Positions 58,619-64,000 of a stretch of DNA of 64,000 nt are shown in pieces; within the stretch, counting starts at the first letter, position 1; every line of letters starts with the position of its first letter. Source of the stretch: Treponemataceae bacterium (GTDB lineage: Bacteria; Spirochaetota; Spirochaetia; Treponematales; Rectinemataceae). The translations under genes were made by a program, and so were the position numbers. The stretch covers positions 128,001 through 192,000 of the forward strand of contig CAXXVZ010000005.1 of assembly GCA_963678065.2 (NCBI GenBank), written 5' to 3'. The notes beneath the pieces were generated by a model. It was not told the DNA's origin and searched no databases. It saw only the letters and a program-made list of their open reading frames with translations.

Positions 58619-58662
58619 CGCATAATTATGCCGCAAATCCAAAATCTGAGCATAATTTTTCA
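58619..58662. promoter_or_regulatory. Two ARG-box-like (ArgR) operators
   Basis: CGCATAATTATGCC (58619-58632) and AGCATAATTTTTCA (58649-58662) resemble TGMATWWWWATKCA; next to a minus-strand TTGACA (58609-58604) upstream of argC. Confidence 0.6.
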
Positions 58663-58814
58663 CTGTACGCAGAATGGTACGACCGCCCCCTCTTCCGGGG
58701 AACCAGGACGATGAATAAACGCGAAAAATCAAGACGTGATGACTGGCCCGCCGACAACGCGCCAAGGCCATACGGCGACCTCGCTGAAAAGCGGGAAGGC
58801 CCACTGCGGCCCCG

Positions 58815-58843
58815 TTGCGCCTTCCTGGCAGTTTTGCTAGACT
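58815..58843 (+). promoter_or_regulatory. Putative promoter of the trpS leader
   Basis: TTGCGC, 17 nt, TAGACT with an extended TG. Confidence 0.5.
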
Positions 58844-58861
58844 GACAGACAGGCAACAATC

Positions 58862-59026
58862 ATGAACTACTGCCTGAATTTGCCGGCACTGCCGGCGTCG
58901 ATGCGGCCGCCATCGCCCCTATCGGGATCGACTGCATCGGCAGGACAAACCTCCGCCTCTTCCCCCCGCCGGGCCGGCCCGCACTGCTGGTCCTGGCGTC
59001 GCACGGTTCCGTCCGGCCGCAGCTGA
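58862..59026 (+). CDS. Putative Trp-containing leader peptide of trpS (54 aa)
   Basis: Manual translation MNYCLNL...GPHCWSWRRTVPSGRS; the only Trp codons are at 58988 and 58994; weak RBS. Confidence 0.4.
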   Translation: MNYCLNLPALPASMRPPSPLSGSTASAGQTSASSPRRAGPHCWSWRRTVPSGRS

Positions 59027-59167
59027 CAGCCAGAAGCCCCAGGCTTCCATTCCTGTCTGTCCGGGTCGCGGAAGTTCCCAAAAGCTTCCAGAGACGGAAA
59101 CCGGATTCCTGAAGCCGGCTTCGGGCCGACTGACACTACAACCACACAGACAAATCGGAGAACAATC

Positions 59168-60229
59168 ATGGAACGCAAACGAATACTGACGGGCGACCGC
59201 CCCACCGGAAAACTCCACCTCGGCCACTATGTCGGCAGTCTCGCCAACCGCGTCCGCCTCCAGGACGAGTACGAGTGCTTCTTCATCATCGCCGACCTCC
59301 ACACCCTGACCACCAAGCCCGAGAAAGAGAACATCGCGGCCCTGGCGGAAAACGTCCGCTCGGCCGCCCTCGACTACCTCGCCTGCGGCATCGACCCGGC
59401 GCGCTCGGTCATCTACCTCCAGTCGGCCGTGCCCGAAGTCGTCGAGCTCTCGCTCTTTTTCCAGAACCTGATCACCGTGCCGCGCCTCTCGCGCGTGCCG
59501 AGCCTCAAGGAGATGGCCCAGGGAGCAGGCATCGAGGAGATGCCCTTCGGACTCCTCGGCTACCCCGTCCTCCAGGCGGCCGACATCCTCCTGCCGCGCG
59601 CCCACTTGGTCCCGGTCGGCAAGGACAACGTCGCCCACGTCGAGGTCACGCGCGAAATCGCGAGGCGCTTCAACTACCTCTACGGCGAGACCTTCCCCGT
59701 CCCCGAAGTCCTCGTCTCCGAGTTCGGAAGCCTCGTCGGCACGGACGGCAACGCCAAGATGTCCAAGTCCCTGGGCAACGCCATCTTCCTCTCGGACGAC
59801 GAGAAGACCGTCACGAAGCGCGTCATGTCCATGTACACTGACCCCAAGCGCATCTCGGCCGACATTCCCGGCACCGTCGAGGGCAACCCGGTCTTCCAGT
59901 ACCACGACGCCTTCAACCCGAACCTGGCCGAAGTCGAGGACCTCAAAGCCCGCTACCGCGCCGGCAAAGTCGGCGACGTCGAGGTGAAGGAGAAGCTGGC
60001 CCGCGCTCTCAACACCTTCCTCGACCCGATCCGCGAGCGCCGCGCCAAGTACGAGTCGACCAACGGCCTCGCCGACGAAGTCGTCTACGACGGCACCATG
60101 AAGATGCGCGAGGAAGCCCGCATGACGCTCGCAGCCGCGAAGAAGGCTATGGGCATTTCGGCGGTCTGGAACCGCATCTCCCGAAAAGCAGAGGACGTTA
60201 AGAAAAAGCGTGCCCAACAACAGGCCTGA
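59168..60229 (+). CDS. trpS: Tryptophanyl-tRNA synthetase
   Basis: TGDRPTGKLHLGH, YPVLQAADIL, KMSKS. Confidence 0.96.
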   Translation: MERKRILTGDRPTGKLHLGHYVGSLANRVRLQDEYECFFIIADLHTLTTKPEKENIAALAENVRSAALDYLACGIDPARSVIYLQSAVPEVVELSLFFQNLITVPRLSRVPSLKEMAQGAGIEEMPFGLLGYPVLQAADILLPRAHLVPVGKDNVAHVEVTREIARRFNYLYGETFPVPEVLVSEFGSLVGTDGNAKMSKSLGNAIFLSDDEKTVTKRVMSMYTDPKRISADIPGTVEGNPVFQYHDAFNPNLAEVEDLKARYRAGKVGDVEVKEKLARALNTFLDPIRERRAKYESTNGLADEVVYDGTMKMREEARMTLAAAKKAMGISAVWNRISRKAEDVKKKRAQQQA

Positions 60230-60335
60230 CGGCTCGGTTTCGCGGGTCGCATGCCTGCGGGGGAAGCGCCAAAACAGCCCAGATGTAAAGTGATTGGGCG
60301 TTTCCCTTTAGCGGCTGCCCGAAAGCATGTGATCC

Positions 60336-61457
60336 GTGATAAAAGTCGATATCACTCTTGGAGGACGCTCTTTCTTCGTAGGTCCAAACGCATCAGGCAA
60401 ATCCAACCTGCTCGATTCGTTTCGCTTTATGGCGGATCTGGTCAAACGGGGCGGTGGCCTCCAGCGAGCTCTTTCAGACCGGGGAGGACTCCAGAAAATT
60501 CGTTGTCTTGCAGCCAGGGCGACACCATCAGTCGTCCTCGAATTCGAATTGGAACGAGGCGGCGAAACACCAACCACATGGAAATACCGACTAGTATTGA
60601 AGCAAGAGCGTTCTGGCGCAAAGCGGAACATTGTGGCACAAGAACAAGTTTGGGAGAAGGACAAACTCATCCTCGACAGACCGAATGCCGAAGACCTACG
60701 CGACGACTTGCGGCTGACACAAACAAGTCTTGAACAGATCAGTGCAAATGGAGAATCCCGTGCCGTCTACGATTTTTTTGGATCTTTTCGCTACTTGCAT
60801 ATAGTACCACAGGTGACCAAGACTCCGGAAGTTTTCTCCAACGCTCGGACTACTGTCGAAGACGATGTTTACGGAATAAAATTCCTCGAACAGGTCGCAC
60901 GCACCACCCCCAAAGTCAGGGCATCCCGGTTGGCTCGTATCCAGAAAGCGCTCCAGGTCGCCGTACCACAGTTGGGGGATCTCCAGAATTCCACTGATGA
61001 AACCGGCACTCCACACCTCGAGGTCAGACTCGAGCATTGGCGACCGAATGCAGGCAGACAACAAGAAAATCAACTTTCAGATGGAACATTGAGGCTTATA
61101 GGTATCCTTTGGACCATTTTGGAAACAAAGGAACTTATCATGCTCGAAGAGCCAGAGCTCTCACTGCATCCTGGAATCGTATCCCGTCTCGCGCCACTCA
61201 TGTATCGTGTCAACCGCACAAAAAAGGAGACTTCCCAGATCCTGGTCAGCACCCATAGCGCTGACCTTCTTTCTGACAAAGGAATTGGGATGAAAGAAGT
61301 CTTTATCCTTTCTCCCGGCAGGGAAGGAACCACTGTAAAATCGGCTGCGGACATTGAAGAAGTCAGAGTGCTGATGGAGACAGGAGCATCTCCCGCAGAT
61401 GCAGTGATTCCATACAGTGCACCAAATAGTGTTGAACAACTCAACCTATTCGAATGA
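60336..61457 (+). CDS. ABC/AAA_21-type ATPase, probably 5'-truncated
   Basis: GPNASGKSN, LSDGTLR, LEEPE..LHP, STHS; in-frame stop just before the GTG; AT-richer than the flanks. Confidence 0.8.
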   Translation: MIKVDITLGGRSFFVGPNASGKSNLLDSFRFMADLVKRGGGLQRALSDRGGLQKIRCLAARATPSVVLEFELERGGETPTTWKYRLVLKQERSGAKRNIVAQEQVWEKDKLILDRPNAEDLRDDLRLTQTSLEQISANGESRAVYDFFGSFRYLHIVPQVTKTPEVFSNARTTVEDDVYGIKFLEQVARTTPKVRASRLARIQKALQVAVPQLGDLQNSTDETGTPHLEVRLEHWRPNAGRQQENQLSDGTLRLIGILWTILETKELIMLEEPELSLHPGIVSRLAPLMYRVNRTKKETSQILVSTHSADLLSDKGIGMKEVFILSPGREGTTVKSAADIEEVRVLMETGASPADAVIPYSAPNSVEQLNLFE

Positions 61458-61873
61458 ATATCATCAATTTTTCTGTCGAGGATGATCTCAGCGAATCCGT
61501 CCTCAGAAAAATATTAATCACGGAAGGCAAGATTGCGGGAAGACGATATCCTGACCGGGACAGAGTGTCAGTCCCCCCCGGCAAAGGGCATCTCCTCAAT
61601 AAAATCATTCAGTATAACAATTTCTTCCGTCTTGATCGATTTATCATGCTTCTGGATCTGGATCAGGAAAAATGCGGGCCTTCTGCATATCGCAAGCTGA
61701 AGCCTGCTCAACAAAATCCGGGTTTTTTCCTTCGCTTCGCTGTCCGGGAAATAGAATCCTGGATCCTCGCCGACAGGAAGGGATTTGCCAATTTCCTTGG
61801 CCTGTCAGTCGGGCAAATGCCACCAGATCCAGAGGCGCTCATGGATCCGAAAGGTACCCTGGAATATCGATGA
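61454..61873 (+). pseudogene. DUF4276/TOPRIM-like partner of the ATPase, apparently 3'-truncated
   Basis: VEDD.S, LDLD..C, FAVREIESWILADR...DPK then an abrupt stop; ATGA overlap with the ATPase. Confidence 0.55.
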
Positions 61874-62031
61874 AGCAACAGCCAAGTCCGACAGTCTTCG
61901 ACGTACACGGCGCGCAATCTCGGAATTCTGATGTGCAGCCGACAATGCAAACCTGATTCAAGATGAATCCGATCCTTGAATACCCCTTCATCCGCCATTA
62001 GAATGGCCGTATACGCACGAACGGAGTCTGC

Positions 62032-64000
62032 ATGGCTTCCACTATTCCCTTTGTATCCGACACACCCCGCAAGCGGGGCCGCCCGCGAAAAATCCGCCCG
62101 GAAGCCACGCAGCCCGGCGCGGGCACCGGGACTGCCTTCGACATCGACCTGCCGGAAGACTTCCTGAATACAGACACTCAGCTCCCGGGCACGAAAAAAT
62201 CCCGTGCAATCAAAGAATACCCTTCAGGCCCCGGGAATCCATACGCTCAGGCGAGGCACACACGGCAATCCAAACCGGAGGCAGCCTTCCTTCTGGAAAA
62301 ACGGGAGTCAGTTGTCCTTTTGAGTCTCGTGGACCGAAAGGGAAAACCCGTCGTTCCCGATTATCGCCGGTATGCGGGCCTCGCGCGCGACGCTGTCCGC
62401 GACTACTCGGTGAGACTCTCCCGCGAGGCCGATGTCTTTCACTGGAACGCGAACCGGGGTGCGGGCGACCAACCGCATGAAAGCGGGGGACTGGCAGCCC
62501 CGGAACCCCGGCTTCTCGACCTCGCGGCCCAGGCGGGAATGCTCGTGGATCGGTCCGGTCTGCCTATCACCGTTCCGGACCATGAGGCCAGCCTCGTCAT
62601 CTCTGTCGAAAAGTCAAAAAACGGAACCTTCAAAGCCGCTCTGCAGCTTTCAGCCGCGGAATCGGAGAACGCGGCGCCTCGGGACAGGACGATTCCCCTC
62701 TCGGTGTCGCCCCGGCACGCCCTGTGCGGGCAGCTTCTGTATTCGATACCCGACCTGGGTCCCGAATGGCAGGAGGATCTCCGCTCCGCCACCAACATAA
62801 AGCGGGAGGATCTTCCCGTCATCCTCTCCCTCGCGCTCTCCCGCCTGAACGGACTCGGGCTCGAATTTCCGCCCTACTCGGTCGTGCGGACCAGTCCGAG
62901 GACTGCGAAGCCGGCCCTTGTCTTCAGCGCTGTCGACGCGTACGGATACCTCCACATCCGCCCCGTCTCCACCCTTCCGGGATATCCGCCAGGCTTTTTC
63001 GAGGAACGGGACATCATGCGCGTTGTCGAGATCGACGACGACGAAAATGAAATCCGGATCGCCGATGTGCTCTTCCCCGCCCCCGTCGACGAAACTTTCC
63101 GCTCCCTTTTCGCGGGGCTCGGAAAGGCAGCCAAAAACGGTGTGTTCGAAGAGGGCGGGTACTTCATCCTCAGCCCCGATTTCGCGGAACGCTTCCTTTC
63201 GGAATCCATGGGCAAACTGATGGACGATTTCCTTCTCTTCGAATCGGAAAAACTCGCGACCTTCCGCATCCGGCCTTCCAAACCCAGGCTCAGGCTCTCG
63301 CTCGCCTCGGGAATCGATTTTCTTGAAGGAAGCGCGCTCGTCGAAATCGGGGGAGAAACCTTTTCGTACGCCCGCTTCCTCAAGGATGTCCGCAGGCAAT
63401 CGTACATCGAACTTTCGGACGGGACGAGGGCCTACCCGGAGCGAAGCGAAGTAGACCGTTTCGAGCGCATCCTCAGGCGTGTCCGGGGCGACGACGACCT
63501 CGTCCGGGTGTCGTTTTTCGATTACCCCCTTCTCGCGGGAGACGGGAGCAGCCTCACCGACGGCGATGCGTGGAAACGCCCCGAAGCCTTCTATCGAGGA
63601 TACAATTCCATCCATGCCCGGTCCGCCGCGGCGAGCCAGGGAGCGGAGGGACAGGAAGGATTTTCCGTCCGCGAAGGTGAACTGCGTCCATACCAGAATT
63701 ACGGCGCGCTCTGGATGGATTATCTCAGATCGCACGGACTCGGCGCCTGCCTCGCGGACGAGATGGGACTCGGCAAGACCGTGCAGACCATAGCCCTCCT
63801 GCGCAAAGTATACCGGGAAGGCGAGACTGCGCAGAGTCTCGTTGTCATGCCGCGCTCTCTCCTGTTCAACTGGATGGCCGAATTCGCCCGCTTCGCTCCC
63901 GAGCTGCGGGTGAGCATACACCACGGCGTGGACAGGAGCGCCCGCTCGCTGGTGGATACACAGATCATCCTCACGACCTACGCGATCCTCAGGCACGACG
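62032..64000 (+). CDS. SNF2-family helicase/ATPase, 3' end runs off the window
   Basis: Not in the ORF track; manual frame +1 read is open from ATG 62032 (GGAG RBS) to the window end; ELRPYQ, CLADEMGLGKTVQ, PRSLLFNW, LTTY. Confidence 0.92.
   Translation, partial: MASTIPFVSDTPRKRGRPRKIRPEATQPGAGTGTAFDIDLPEDFLNTDTQLPGTKKSRAIKEYPSGPGNPYAQARHTRQSKPEAAFLLEKRESVVLLSLVDRKGKPVVPDYRRYAGLARDAVRDYSVRLSREADVFHWNANRGAGDQPHESGGLAAPEPRLLDLAAQAGMLVDRSGLPITVPDHEASLVISVEKSKNGTFKAALQLSAAESENAAPRDRTIPLSVSPRHALCGQLLYSIPDLGPEWQEDLRSATNIKREDLPVILSLALSRLNGLGLEFPPYSVVRTSPRTAKPALVFSAVDAYGYLHIRPVSTLPGYPPGFFEERDIMRVVEIDDDENEIRIADVLFPAPVDETFRSLFAGLGKAAKNGVFEEGGYFILSPDFAERFLSESMGKLMDDFLLFESEKLATFRIRPSKPRLRLSLASGIDFLEGSALVEIGGETFSYARFLKDVRRQSYIELSDGTRAYPERSEVDRFERILRRVRGDDDLVRVSFFDYPLLAGDGSSLTDGDAWKRPEAFYRGYNSIHARSAAASQGAEGQEGFSVREGELRPYQNYGALWMDYLRSHGLGACLADEMGLGKTVQTIALLRKVYREGETAQSLVVMPRSLLFNWMAEFARFAPELRVSIHHGVDRSARSLVDTQIILTTYAILRHD

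Noticed and set aside
58850..59167. T-box riboswitch upstream of trpS
   Set aside because: No GGTGGNACCGCG-like T-box motif or U-tailed terminator seen by eye; an Rfam scan would be decisive.
61874..62031. Possible retron-type ncRNA or missing effector after the ATPase pair
   Set aside because: No reverse transcriptase in the window and no convincing flanking inverted repeats.

Overview
GC-rich bacterial chromosomal segment. Gene content (STAS-zinc-ribbon protein, rsmE next to a WecB/TagA-like gene, long Lgt) suggests a free-living spirochaete; this is inference only. In order: a LacI-controlled sugar ABC transporter with a divergent cupin-type isomerase; a liv branched-chain amino-acid ABC operon; TetR; a membrane GGDEF protein; and a ~19.5 kb minus-strand Wzx/Wzy-type polysaccharide operon (12702-32185) divergent from a REC-PAS-PP2C-HATPase protein and a hybrid kinase. 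Then housekeeping genes (nadE, lgt, ctpA, rsmE, murA, pyrC, argCJBD, trpS), a PspA module, a DnaA-box cluster, a truncated AT-richer ATPase/TOPRIM-like pair, and a SNF2 ATPase running off the end. The best candidate for an undescribed system is the polysaccharide locus. It has no Wza but a TolC-like channel, and its Wzc-like pseudokinase has an N-terminal STAS domain and a membrane-fusion-protein-type RxxxLxxxxxxT motif. It also encodes a pseudo-uridine-kinase/priming-transferase fusion, a double pseudoenzyme and a terminal STAS protein, which points to partner-switch control wired into the export machinery. Also notable: back-to-back candidate Arg- and Trp-sensing leader peptides (argC/trpS), DnaA boxes away from dnaA, and an AT-hook on the SNF2 protein. 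No rRNA, tRNA, CRISPR array or transposase was recognised. All domain calls are by eye from motifs; no database search was run.
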